Positions 48,801 through 57,594 of a DNA stretch of 64,000 nt are shown here, one piece after another. The DNA comes from an uncultured virus (IMG/VR IMGVR_UViG_3300021599_002354). Lineage: Duplodnaviria > Heunggongvirae > Uroviricota > Caudoviricetes. Each line of letters begins with the position of its first letter. Within the stretch, counting starts at the first letter, position 1. Made by a program: the position numbers and the translations under genes. The notes below the pieces were generated by a model, which worked only from the letters and a program-made list of their open reading frames with translations, ran no database searches and was not told where the DNA came from. The stretch lies in IMG/VR virus record IMGVR_UViG_3300021599_002354; one strand, written 5' to 3'.

Positions 48801-49226
48801 ACTACCACTTGTGCCTGATGTTCCAGATGTACCTGATGTTCCAGATGTTCCAGATGTACCTGATGTACCTGATGTACCTGATGTACCTGATGTACCAGCA
48901 TCTGTCCTTCTTTCTAATCTATTTGTAGACGTATTCCAAACTACAACTTGATTAGATGAACTACCGCTTGGGATATTTGAAACATATAAAGATCCTGTTA
49001 TATTTTGTGGACCCGTAAGATTTATACTTCCACTTAAATTAAGTGATCCTGTATTTGATGTGTTTGATACTAATAATTCTTCGATTGATGGTCCATTTGA
49101 ACCTGATTTAGCCATGAATACTTTACCGTCCGTAGTATTCAATGCTAATTCACCTAACTGTAAGTTGTTGTTTGTTGGTTTTTGACCAGATACAGCGCTT
49201 CTACGCAGTTTTACTATTTGTGCCAT
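45801..49226 (-). CDS. Gly-X-Ser triplet-repeat fibre protein with Mtd_N-like N-terminus and duplicated C-terminal HNLG domain
   Basis: LRRS...P....L..GELALNTTDGK; three GXS tracts; two copies of FT.Q..W.V.HNLGT.YPLV.VW. Confidence 0.85.
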   Translation of the reverse strand: MAQIVKLRRSAVSGQKPTNNNLQLGELALNTTDGKVFMAKSGSNGPSIEELLVSNTSNTGSLNLSGSINLTGPQNITGSLYVSNIPSGSSSNQVVVWNTSTNRLERRTDAGTSGTSGTSGTSGTSGTSGTSGTSGTSGTSGSSGSSGSSGTSGSSGTSGSSGISGGQNYFFNYSVSGQTGGYSALEQTTTTAGQTIITTNLTANQQNVLVNGGFITNVGDPNAIVVPNGLWHAYLYASKNAENDVVNLYYTVSKRTTGGTETLLFTSDTTLIGWDTNNTSPVEIKLNALATTQVLDPTDRIVVQIYANNSDNANRTIKFYTEGLLHYSYLVTTLAAQSGTSGSSGTSGSSGSSGSSGTSGSSGSSGTSGTSGSSGSSGTSGSSGTSGTSGTSGTSGSSGTSGTSGTSGSSGTSGSSGTSGTSGSSGSSGTSGTSGSSGSSGTSGSSGTSGTSGTSGSSGSSGTSGTSGSSGSSGTSGSSGTSGSSGSSGTSGTSGTSGSSGSSGSSGSSGTSGTSGSSGTSGSSGTSGTSGSSGSSGTSGSSGSSGTSGSSGSSGSAGTSGTSGLSNSFFNYQAKTNSISGDPGSNFIIWNNVSQTGATSLNVSEVDGLNNNLDIFLGTLASGSIIVLQDKANHVNYQRWMVGSSTDNTTYYTYPATLQSQGGTSTFTNNQNIILIFGSTPSGTSGSSGTSGSSGSGGSSGTSGSSGSSGSSGTSGSSGTSGTSGTSGSSGTSGSSGTSGTSGTSGSSGTSGSSGTSGTSGSSGSSGTSGTSGTSGSSGTAGTSGSSGTSGSSGSSGTSGSSGSSGSSGTSGSSGTSGTSGTSGSSGSSGSSGSSGTSGSSGTSGSSGTSGTSGSSGTSGSSGTSGSSGSSGSSGTSGTSGSSGTSGSSGTSGTSGSSGSSGTSGSSGTSGTSGSSGSSGSSGTSGTSGSSGSSGTSGSSGSSGSSGTSGSSGSSGSSGSSGSSGSSGTRGTSGTSGTSGSAGTSGTSGTDGTGGLTQAFTASQTWSVNHNLGTRYPLVNVWDINHKVIVPQEIVSVDNNNINVTFSSPVAGSVNVAKGGHFISGSVPLSNIANLGYTASFTNQTTWSVAHNLGTDYPLVTVWNNSRDVVVPTRINSVDTNTVNVYFSSAQTGVVVVGRVI
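46235..47185 (-). repeat. Coding Gly-X-Ser tract
   Basis: 9-bp periodicity. Confidence 0.9.
47530..48215 (-). repeat. Coding Gly-X-Ser tract
   Basis: 9-bp periodicity. Confidence 0.9.
48730..48897 (-). repeat. Coding Gly-X-Ser tract starting with (GTS)n
   Basis: Tandem gatgtacct/gatgttcca units on the + strand. Confidence 0.9.
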
Positions 49227-49289
49227 ATGTATGGATCCATCAATCTTCTGTGGTATATACCACGTTTAATAAACCTATGTAGGTTATAC

Positions 49290-49298
49290 AATAAATAC
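49290..49298 (-). promoter_or_regulatory. GTATTTAT putative phage promoter motif
   Basis: Upstream of the fibre gene starting at 49226. Confidence 0.5.
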
Positions 49299-49321
49299 AA
49301 TAAAGTTTGGTTTAAATAAAT

Positions 49322-49351
49322 AAAAAAGGGAGAATTTTTTTCTCCCTTTTT
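49322..49351 (-). terminator. Rho-independent terminator (probably bidirectional)
   Basis: Stem AAAAAGGGAGA/TCTCCCTTTTT just after the stop at 49360. Confidence 0.75.
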
Positions 49352-49359
49352 ATATTTCA

Positions 49360-52098
49360 TTAATATGATCCACCATCTATCAGATCTGAAAAGACAAGTG
49401 CACCATCTGATTGTTTATATCCTAATAGTCCCGCAGTTTCAACTGTTGACGTTGTAGTTGATACATAACCTAAAACATTACTATTATTTCTGAAAACAAT
49501 TGCTGAAGTACTCGATCCATTGTCAGTTCCTCCTGAGAAAGATAATGTTAAATTACCCGCGATTAAAGTTGAACCGTCTGTAGAAGATACGGTGAATTTA
49601 TTAGTATTGAATGCGAGTGTTGTTCCACTTGCAATCATTGTCAATAAACTATCACCTATAGTATTTGGTCCAGTTGCGATTGGGAATGTGTTATTTGTTA
49701 AACTTATTTCTGAACCATATGTTCCAGCCGTAGTACCAATAAGTTTACTTGATTCCGAACTTGATGATACAAACATCCAATAATCGTTCAATGAATCCCA
49801 AACAAGTGACGCAGAAACTCCTGTTGATCCTGAATCAATAACTTCAAAACCAGTGTATCTTTCAAATGGGGAGTAAGCATTTAATCTTATAATGTTATCA
49901 TCAAGTTCTACTGTTGTAGATTGAATTGTTACACTTGTTGCTCCACCCAATACTTCAAGATTACCCGAAACATATAAGTTTGCCTGTAATTGTGTGTTTC
50001 CTGTTACTGTTAAGACACCATTTACAGTTACATCACCATTGATTGTTTGACCACCCTCAACTGTTAATGAACCTGAAGTTCTGATATCTCCATCACTATT
50101 ATCAATTTCTAATTGACCATTTCCAATTTTTAATGTTGTTCCGTTGAATGTTAAACCACTATAATCTTCTAAGGAACCACCAGCACCAGCAACAACTAAT
50201 CTATATTGTGTTAAATCTTCAACAGTTGCAGATGCTAATGTTGATTCACCATCTACCTCTAAACTATTTTTAAAATATGCCGAACCAGTTACATCTAATG
50301 TTGAATTGATTCCAACAGCACCTTTTAATTCTGATGTTGATAATACTTCTAATGTATCTTGTAGTTCGGTTGTACCTGTCACAGTTAAATCACCATCAAT
50401 TGTTGTTGAACCTGTAAGACCTATTGTACTTGTACCAATTAATAATTTTCTTAACCATGTAGAACCATTGTATTCTGAAATATTAAATCCACCGGTTCCA
50501 CTGTTTCTTGAATCAAATACAAATTCCGCACCACCTCTTTGAGTTGCGGTACTATAGTTATTACCAAACATTTGGTAATAAGAACCTAAAATAGAAGAAC
50601 CATCGTAGAAACCGTAAATAGTATTTGCAGTATCATCAGAAACTCTAATTTGTCTTGTACCTGTTAAATTAATGTGACCATCAACACTTAATGATTGACT
50701 AACTGTTGTATCAATATTAATTGTTACACCACTTAATGAATCAATTGTTATTGTATTAGTATTATCATCTATCTTTAAGAAATTGGTATCATCACCAAAG
50801 AAACTATATGCGGCATTACCCTTGATATGGATATCGGAAGGTGCTGTGTTATATATTCTGAAATCTCTTGAGTCGTTTAAATCTGGTCTTAAATATAATG
50901 AACCAGTACCTTGAATATTTGTTACTTCGAGTGCACCCGATAAATTTAAATTACCATTATCGAAAGTTAAACCACTATAATCAACCAATTGACCATCTGC
51001 ACCAACAACAACTAATCTTTTTTCTGTTAAATCTTCAACCAAAACAGAACCACTCAATGTTGTTGTACCACTTACTGTTAAATCACCAGGTAAATAAAGA
51101 TTTGTTGTTGATATGCCACCAATATTAATATTCTCAATAAATGCGGTACCACTAACATATAAATCTTTCCAAGCATTTGTAGGTGAACCTAAATCAAATA
51201 AATTTGAACCCGATGGAATAATAGACGAACTGACTTCACCATTAAAATCAATTATATCACCACCTTGGTTATCACCAATTGTAATGTTACCCTTCATTGT
51301 AATAGAACCTGAAGTTCTGATGTTACCGGTACTATTATCAACTTCGAATTGACCTTGACCGATATTAAACGTAGTTCCGTCAAATGTTAAATTAGCACTA
51401 TCTTCGAGTAATCCACCTGTGCCAACAATAACTAATCTATTATCCGTCAAACCTGTTATGGTAACTGAATCATTAAAAATCGTATCACCTGTAACATTTA
51501 AATCACCTTGTAGATAAGAATTACTTGTTACAGTTAAAGATCCCGTGATTTCAGTTTTTATATTAATTCTTAAACCGTCTGTTTCATCGATAGAAGCGGT
51601 TGCAGCACCATCAGCAATTTTATCTAATTGTAATCCAGTAACACCACTTGCAGGTATATTATATAAATTTGTACCATCTCCCTTAAATGAACCTGTAAAC
51701 ATGGAAGAAGAAACCGCGGTAATATTTGCAGTTGTACCTGTTAGATTATTGATAGTGACACCAGAAATTAGATTACCTTCGATGTTACCCGTAAGATCTA
51801 ATCTTGTGTTACCCGCTTGACTTAAAATATATAAGGATTCATTTCCACTCGCATAGAAAGGAGTACCATCAAGAACGGAACCATGTGAACCCGCAGTAAG
51901 AGTAGGTGCATTTGATCCTTGATATATTTTTGAAGCGGCTTTGTAGGCTCCAGCAACACCATCGGTATCACCAACGAACATCCAAGGTCCGTTCATATCA
52001 CCAATAGATCCGGTTGCAATTATTAATTCACCTTTTCTCGCCGTTACATCTTTGAGGGTTGTTATACCACCCCTCCTGTGTTTGATTATTTGTGCCAT
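49360..52098 (-). CDS. Phage fibre/spike-like structural protein (beta-strand repeats, Mtd_N-like start)
   Basis: MAQIIKHRRG...KGEL; repeated GDLTV.G and DLT..RLVV.G..G.L.D.SGLTF motifs; C-terminal IDGGSY. Confidence 0.7.
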   Translation of the reverse strand: MAQIIKHRRGGITTLKDVTARKGELIIATGSIGDMNGPWMFVGDTDGVAGAYKAASKIYQGSNAPTLTAGSHGSVLDGTPFYASGNESLYILSQAGNTRLDLTGNIEGNLISGVTINNLTGTTANITAVSSSMFTGSFKGDGTNLYNIPASGVTGLQLDKIADGAATASIDETDGLRINIKTEITGSLTVTSNSYLQGDLNVTGDTIFNDSVTITGLTDNRLVIVGTGGLLEDSANLTFDGTTFNIGQGQFEVDNSTGNIRTSGSITMKGNITIGDNQGGDIIDFNGEVSSSIIPSGSNLFDLGSPTNAWKDLYVSGTAFIENINIGGISTTNLYLPGDLTVSGTTTLSGSVLVEDLTEKRLVVVGADGQLVDYSGLTFDNGNLNLSGALEVTNIQGTGSLYLRPDLNDSRDFRIYNTAPSDIHIKGNAAYSFFGDDTNFLKIDDNTNTITIDSLSGVTINIDTTVSQSLSVDGHINLTGTRQIRVSDDTANTIYGFYDGSSILGSYYQMFGNNYSTATQRGGAEFVFDSRNSGTGGFNISEYNGSTWLRKLLIGTSTIGLTGSTTIDGDLTVTGTTELQDTLEVLSTSELKGAVGINSTLDVTGSAYFKNSLEVDGESTLASATVEDLTQYRLVVAGAGGSLEDYSGLTFNGTTLKIGNGQLEIDNSDGDIRTSGSLTVEGGQTINGDVTVNGVLTVTGNTQLQANLYVSGNLEVLGGATSVTIQSTTVELDDNIIRLNAYSPFERYTGFEVIDSGSTGVSASLVWDSLNDYWMFVSSSSESSKLIGTTAGTYGSEISLTNNTFPIATGPNTIGDSLLTMIASGTTLAFNTNKFTVSSTDGSTLIAGNLTLSFSGGTDNGSSTSAIVFRNNSNVLGYVSTTTSTVETAGLLGYKQSDGALVFSDLIDGGSY

Positions 52099-52123
52099 GT
52101 TTACGTTATGTTATATTTTATTA

Positions 52124-52132
52124 TATAAATAC
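52124..52132 (-). promoter_or_regulatory. GTATTTATA putative phage promoter motif
   Basis: 26 nt upstream of ATG 52098. Confidence 0.55.
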
Positions 52133-52143
52133 TTTATTTTAAA

Positions 52144-52872
52144 TTAAAAAAAACCATCTCCACAGTCAATAACCGTCTTGTCAGTCACATATTCAGCCAA
52201 CATTACATCTTGTAATTTTATCGATGCAGATATAATTTGCCCGCTAATTTCATTTTTCATAATTTTCATTGCTCCTGATACCACAAGAGATTCAACTGAC
52301 GGATCTAAAGTCTGAACTAAAGTTGTTTGACCTTCTACCCTCAAATCCCCTTTTATGGTAACTGAACCCGTGACTTGTAAATCGGATGTTGCACCCCAAA
52401 ATGAACCTGTCTGTTGCCAAACGTTACTATTTGCGGAAGCAACTACATCTGAAATTAATGCAACCTTCTCCTCACTTCCACTCGGACCTGCTATCCAATA
52501 ATCATTGATTGAATCCCATAACAATGAACCCGAAATCTTACTTGGATTAGTTGGATCGTTAACATATAGTCCACCAAAAGACCCATTTACACCATTTAGT
52601 GTGATTATATTATCACCTAAATCTATTGTAGTTGAGTTTATAGTAGTAGTGGTACCCGCAACTGTTAAATTACCTCCAACGATAACATCGCCAGCTGTTT
52701 GTAAACTACCACTCAAAACAACTGAACCGGATGTATTTAAATTTCTAACATAAATTGATTCAAGATAATTAGATCCTGATCCCCCTAATGAAATGAAGGA
52801 GGCAGATCCACTTGCATCGAGTGGTATCGTTTGTGTGTCAATCTGTAACCAGTTAATCTGTTGTAATGGCAT
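52144..52872 (-). CDS. Phage structural/fibre-associated protein
   Basis: Shares the STT..L.DNII.LN...SL.WDS.NDYW module with the 912-aa protein. Confidence 0.65.
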   Translation of the reverse strand: MPLQQINWLQIDTQTIPLDASGSASFISLGGSGSNYLESIYVRNLNTSGSVVLSGSLQTAGDVIVGGNLTVAGTTTTINSTTIDLGDNIITLNGVNGSFGGLYVNDPTNPSKISGSLLWDSINDYWIAGPSGSEEKVALISDVVASANSNVWQQTGSFWGATSDLQVTGSVTIKGDLRVEGQTTLVQTLDPSVESLVVSGAMKIMKNEISGQIISASIKLQDVMLAEYVTDKTVIDCGDGFF

Positions 52873-52892
52873 TTAAAAAGTAAAGTCTTTAA

Positions 52893-52901
52893 CATAAATA
52901 C
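52893..52901 (-). promoter_or_regulatory. GTATTTAT putative phage promoter motif
   Basis: 21 nt upstream of ATG 52872. Confidence 0.55.
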
Positions 52902-52923
52902 TTTTTATTTGATTACAGATATG

Positions 52924-52953
52924 AAAAAGGGGAACTTTTTTTTAATTCCCCTT
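52924..52953 (-). terminator. Rho-independent terminator overlapping the glutaredoxin stop
   Basis: Stem AAGGGGAA/TTCCCCTT plus a T tail on the minus strand. Confidence 0.55.
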
Positions 52954-53226
52954 ATTTTTTCTTTCATTTATGATTCTAAGAATGTCTTCATCGTTTTCAT
53001 AATCTATACTTGGTACAAAAATATCAGATTCTTCACTTCCTTCATCATATATTAAAACCGTGGGAACATAATCATATCCGACTTGATCAACAACTTGTGA
53101 CCACAATTCTTCATTTGCATCTACATCAATATTAACAAATTCTATAGACGCCCTTTTTAATGTCTTTTTAATTGATGTACAATGTGGACATCCTTTTAAT
53201 GTGAATATATATATTTTCTCAGACAT
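52942..53226 (-). CDS. Glutaredoxin-like protein
   Basis: CPHC, VPTV. Confidence 0.85.
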   Translation of the reverse strand: MSEKIYIFTLKGCPHCTSIKKTLKRASIEFVNIDVDANEELWSQVVDQVGYDYVPTVLIYDEGSEESDIFVPSIDYENDEDILRIINERKNKGN

Positions 53227-53530
53227 TTAAAGAATTTAATAAATCACTATAAACGTTTTTAGGATTTAACCCAACTTTTTTATTAACGAGATTTTTTCCT
53301 TCAAAAATCATTACAGTTGGGACAGATGTTACACCCATTTGAAGTGCAAATTCCATATTTTCATCTATGTTTATTTTAACAAATTTTACATTTGTACGAT
53401 TATCTTCAATTGATTCTAAAACAGGCATCAATGATCTACAGGGACCACACCAAGGTGCCCAAAAATCTACCAATAATTTACTATCCTGATCTTGTAATTG
53501 TCTTAACTTAACTCCGTCTATGTTTTCCAT
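53219..53530 (-). CDS. trxA: Thioredoxin
   Basis: DFWAPWCGPC, SVPT. Confidence 0.9.
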   Translation of the reverse strand: MENIDGVKLRQLQDQDSKLLVDFWAPWCGPCRSLMPVLESIEDNRTNVKFVKINIDENMEFALQMGVTSVPTVMIFEGKNLVNKKVGLNPKNVYSDLLNSLNV

Positions 53531-53531
53531 T

Positions 53532-54599
53532 TTAAAAACCTATTTTATTTATCTTATTACTTTTAAATACTTCCACATCTATATTGTAAATGTCGGCCAA
53601 ACACATCCCTTCAAATACGCTTATATTTTTATTTAATTTTTTTAATAATTTTTCAGTATCGGGTAATGAAAGTTTTTCAAATTTGTATTCGGCGATTAAC
53701 CTACCTTTTCTTAATAAAGCCTGATCGATTTTTTCTCTCTTCATGTTAAACGTTGCAACAATTTGAATTGAGAGACAGTCCCCTAAAATTCCATCAGTTA
53801 AATTTAAGATATTTGAAACACCAGCAGGTGAACCATTATTTTCTCTATCACCTATTACTCTTTCAGCATCTTCAATAATTAAAATAGAATTTTTATACTC
53901 CATCAAAAAAGGAATTATTGATGGTTCAGACAACATTTCCGCCATAGATGGTGGAATAAATAAAATATCTTTTTCTTTAATTAATGATGTTAGATATTTT
54001 ATATAAGATGTTTTACCTGTACCGGGATCACCATGTAATAAAATTATACCCTTACCATTATTTTCATTCAATCTTGAGACTACTGTATTGTGTACTTTGA
54101 CAAAATCTTTACCATAATTTAATTCAAGATCCATTGGTGGGGAATATAAATCATAATCTTCTGTGTCTAAGTGACCCATATCACTTTTAACAAGTTTAAT
54201 ACTTGCCTTTTTCTTTTGTTTCTCAAATTTCTTAAATGTATCTAATAATTCTTTTAGATATTCTTTACCTATTTGTAAATTATAATAAATTTCAACTTGA
54301 ACTAAATTATCTTTAACATTATCTAAATTATTGTTTACTATAATTAAAAACTCTTTTTTAAAATTCTCATATAGTATTTGAGATGAATCATCTCTTCTAT
54401 TTTTACTAAAAATTTTTGCAACCTCAATAAAACCTAACTCTTCGATTTTTTTCACAACCTTAGGATCATAGTTAACCCTGATGTCAGTGTATTTTGATGG
54501 AATAAAATCAAATTTTATTACAAAATATTGTTCAGCAGGAATTTGATGTCCATACGTTGTATCATACAACATATAATGATCTGGTATTTTTCTACTCAT
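53532..54599 (-). CDS. AAA+ ATPase
   Basis: GDPGTGKT, IIEDAE, LNLTDG, IDQALLRKGR. Confidence 0.88.
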   Translation of the reverse strand: MSRKIPDHYMLYDTTYGHQIPAEQYFVIKFDFIPSKYTDIRVNYDPKVVKKIEELGFIEVAKIFSKNRRDDSSQILYENFKKEFLIIVNNNLDNVKDNLVQVEIYYNLQIGKEYLKELLDTFKKFEKQKKKASIKLVKSDMGHLDTEDYDLYSPPMDLELNYGKDFVKVHNTVVSRLNENNGKGIILLHGDPGTGKTSYIKYLTSLIKEKDILFIPPSMAEMLSEPSIIPFLMEYKNSILIIEDAERVIGDRENNGSPAGVSNILNLTDGILGDCLSIQIVATFNMKREKIDQALLRKGRLIAEYKFEKLSLPDTEKLLKKLNKNISVFEGMCLADIYNIDVEVFKSNKINKIGF

Positions 54600-54624
54600 A
54601 AATCAAAAATAACTAAATTTTATT

Positions 54625-54921
54625 TTAATTTAAAGAAAAATAACCAAAATCTTTTACTTTAAAAAATAAATTTTCTTGAAATAATTCTTCTTCAGGTTTT
54701 TTTATTACTGATAAAGCAGCCACTGTTTTTTTCAATAACTCAAATTGTGTAATGTTTAATGTGACTTCACCCTTGTCATTAAAATTTTTTTGAGATATTT
54801 CCGCAAGATATTTGTAAAATATTTCCTCATCAACTCCCTTCAAAAAATAATCTCTTGCTTCTTGATTTTTTTGTAGATAATTTTTTACAGATTGTATGTA
54901 TATTAATACCTCTGGAGACAT
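54625..54921 (-). CDS. Hypothetical protein
   Basis: Coupled ORF. Confidence 0.6.
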   Translation of the reverse strand: MSPEVLIYIQSVKNYLQKNQEARDYFLKGVDEEIFYKYLAEISQKNFNDKGEVTLNITQFELLKKTVAALSVIKKPEEELFQENLFFKVKDFGYFSLN

Positions 54922-54922
54922 T

Positions 54923-55444
54923 TTACATTTTTTCGATTTGACTAAGATTCAATTCTATATTGTTGCTCCTTCCAAATATTTTAACCTCAACGTTCACTTT
55001 TTCACCTTTAATTTCTGAAACAATTCCATTGAAGGATTTAAAAGGTCCATCGTTTATTATGACACTTTCACCGCTAATAAATTTTATTTTTTTAGATTCT
55101 AAATGTTCTAAAAGATCATCATCTTTCAATATTCTTTTAATGTCAGATTGACTCATTAACATTGGTCTTCTATCTCCCATCAATCCCATCACATTAGGAA
55201 ACATTGAGACATTTTTAATTTCATCTTCTGTTAATCTATTTTTAGTTTCAAAATATAAATAACCACTATAAATAACTTTTTCTCTTATAGTTTTTTTCTG
55301 TTTCACCAAAATGTATTCTTTTTCTGTTGGACATACAAATCTTTCGATATAGTTTATTTTACCAAGTGAAATCTGTTTATTAAAATCTTCATTCAAAGAT
55401 CTCTCTTTACCTGGCATTACTTTGATAACGTACCATAAATTCAT
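54923..55444 (-). CDS. nusG: Transcription elongation/antitermination factor NusG (NGN + KOW)
   Basis: WYVIKV..GKE, YSGYLY, GESVII.DGPF..F.G.V, VKIFGR. Confidence 0.9.
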   Translation of the reverse strand: MNLWYVIKVMPGKERSLNEDFNKQISLGKINYIERFVCPTEKEYILVKQKKTIREKVIYSGYLYFETKNRLTEDEIKNVSMFPNVMGLMGDRRPMLMSQSDIKRILKDDDLLEHLESKKIKFISGESVIINDGPFKSFNGIVSEIKGEKVNVEVKIFGRSNNIELNLSQIEKM

Positions 55445-55469
55445 ATCATTATTTTTTATAAATATTTTA

Positions 55470-56306
55470 TTAATAATTCATAATTAGTAACTCAGTACCT
55501 ATGTTTTTTTCTTTTTTAGTTGAGGCAGCTTTACTAAAATCTTTTTGTTCCCATCGATATTGATCTTTCGGAAACCATTGTGAGAGTAGTGGGAAATCAT
55601 AATAAGATAAACTAAATTTACCTTTGACACTCTTTATACAATTCGCCAATCTTTCATGGTCTTTAGAGTCAAAGTCGTGATTTGAATAATAATTTTCTGT
55701 TTTCCAATATGGTGGGTCCATATAGAAGTATGTAGTTGGTGAATCATATTCTTCAACCACCTGTTGAAAATCTTTATTTTCTATAAATGTTATTTTATCA
55801 AAATGTTCACGATACTTTGGGTTTTTTAATTTGTCCATAAACACTAAAACTTTACATCTATATTTTCCTTTATAGTCCATATATGATGCTGTTTCCGGTT
55901 TAGATCCTGAAAAGACTTGACCCAAAACATAAACATATTTACAAGCGATCTCCAAACTATTTTCTTCGGTGATTACAAGATCATTACTAAAAATTTCCTT
56001 TTGGTATGTGTTAAACATCTGTTCATACTCAGGAGGAGTATCTACTACTTTAAGTTGTTGACAAGGGTATTTTGATAATTCGTTCCAAAGAATATCGTAC
56101 TGTTTTGCCCACTTAAATAAATTAGTATTTAATCTATTAAAATCATTATATACAACAGTTTTAAGATTTGGGTAATCTTTTAGATCCATGTTAAAAAACA
56201 CCCAGAACATACCTGAAAATCCCTCTACGTATGTTTCAATATCGTTAGGGATATATGTCTTAATCCATTTTCCTATTCTTGCTTTACCTCCAATATATGA
56301 TATCAT
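55470..56306 (-). CDS. DNA adenine methyltransferase (Dam/D12 class)
   Basis: YIGGK, YVEGFSG, YND, YMDPPY, ELLIMNY. Confidence 0.88.
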   Translation of the reverse strand: MISYIGGKARIGKWIKTYIPNDIETYVEGFSGMFWVFFNMDLKDYPNLKTVVYNDFNRLNTNLFKWAKQYDILWNELSKYPCQQLKVVDTPPEYEQMFNTYQKEIFSNDLVITEENSLEIACKYVYVLGQVFSGSKPETASYMDYKGKYRCKVLVFMDKLKNPKYREHFDKITFIENKDFQQVVEEYDSPTTYFYMDPPYWKTENYYSNHDFDSKDHERLANCIKSVKGKFSLSYYDFPLLSQWFPKDQYRWEQKDFSKAASTKKEKNIGTELLIMNY

Positions 56307-56357
56307 TATTAACTATATTATTGAAATAATATAATTAAAAAAAATCAAAAAAAGAAA

Positions 56358-56771
56358 TCAATCGTATCTCTTTGTTTTTCTATTAAATTTTTCTTTATAC
56401 ACCTTATTTTCAATTTCCCATGGACCCTTATTACCATGTTCATTTACCATTTCTCTGAACTGTTTTTCATCATAATACTTACATTGTTCGGGGTATATAT
56501 TTCCAATCCCATAGTACAACATTTTTGGGAATTTTGAGGTTCTGCCGTTAGAATAGTCATATATATTTTCTTCATCTTCACACCATGCATGAGTAAATCT
56601 GTACCCGCTTAATTTTCCATGACCAGATACTATCCCATGGACTAATTTTATATTTTCAATTTTATTTGTAAACGCATTATTGAACATTAAATCAAATGCA
56701 GCATCAAAACAATCACCACCATCCGGTAGATCTTTTTTTGACATCTCATTTATAATCTGCATAATTTTCAT
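56358..56771 (-). CDS. Hypothetical protein with transglutaminase/papain-like C-H-D triad
   Basis: GDCF...HG...HAWCE...IYD. Confidence 0.5.
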   Translation of the reverse strand: MKIMQIINEMSKKDLPDGGDCFDAAFDLMFNNAFTNKIENIKLVHGIVSGHGKLSGYRFTHAWCEDEENIYDYSNGRTSKFPKMLYYGIGNIYPEQCKYYDEKQFREMVNEHGNKGPWEIENKVYKEKFNRKTKRYD

Positions 56772-56806
56772 ATTGATAAATATGAAAAAATGGTATATAT
56801 TCTATT

Positions 56807-56959
56807 ATGGCATGTTCAAGTTGTAAAAAAAAGGAGACTTTTAAAAACGAAATTAAAGAAACGGGTGATTTAGTATCCAAAAAAATTGTTTGGTTTGCAA
56901 TTATTTGGTCGATTTTGGGGTTGTATGGTTTGTATTCTTTGGTAACCAAATTTATATGA
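56807..56959 (+). CDS. 50-aa membrane protein with N-terminal CxxC (not in the ORF track)
   Basis: MACSSCKKKETF...IVWFAIIWSILGLYGLYSLVTKFI*; ATGA overlap with the next gene. Confidence 0.65.
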   Translation: MACSSCKKKETFKNEIKETGDLVSKKIVWFAIIWSILGLYGLYSLVTKFI

Positions 56960-57594
56960 AAAATGGCAAATACTTTATAGTACTTTTTTGTAACAAAAAA
57001 AGAAAAAAAATATTACATCGTTGTATGAAACGTACAACGATAACTGAGTATTGGCATCAATTCAAAACAAAAGTAAAACCACCATTTACTAAAATTCAAG
57101 GTGGTAAAAGAAAACAAGAGAACATATTTGAATTAGCTCTTATATACCCATATAATAGATGGGTCACATCGGTATACGTAAAAGATAGTTTAGGTAGAAA
57201 TATCGAAGCAAAAATGGAAAACGATAAATTTAGAATCAAAGAAATTATTCCATATTGGGAAGAGGAACTGATATATGATTTTCAATCAAAAAAAAGAATT
57301 AGATACTATCAATTGTTAAGTCAAATTTTACCTGTCTCTGAGATCGGTCAGATCTTCACCTTAAATAATAAACTATTGATACAGGTAGAGGATAATATAA
57401 AATTATTTAGTAATAAAAATCCTACAGATGCGGAAAGATTATTTGAAATAATAAAAAACGATTTGTTAAATAAAAAAAGACAAAACTTTATTTTTGTCAA
57501 AGACGTTACAACACATCAGAGAAAGTTATTGTACGATATGTTAGAAAAGAAAGGTTACAAAAGAGAAGAACTTAGTCGGCATTATTCGTATTAA
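56956..57594 (+). CDS. Hypothetical basic protein
   Basis: Start MKNGKY at 56956, coupled to the upstream stop. Confidence 0.65.
   Translation: MKNGKYFIVLFCNKKRKKILHRCMKRTTITEYWHQFKTKVKPPFTKIQGGKRKQENIFELALIYPYNRWVTSVYVKDSLGRNIEAKMENDKFRIKEIIPYWEEELIYDFQSKKRIRYYQLLSQILPVSEIGQIFTLNNKLLIQVEDNIKLFSNKNPTDAERLFEIIKNDLLNKKRQNFIFVKDVTTHQRKLLYDMLEKKGYKREELSRHYSY

Noticed and set aside
46235..48901. Similar Pro/Glu- or Val/Gln-rich ORFs over the second fibre gene
   Set aside because: Shadow frames of the 9-bp periodic repeat
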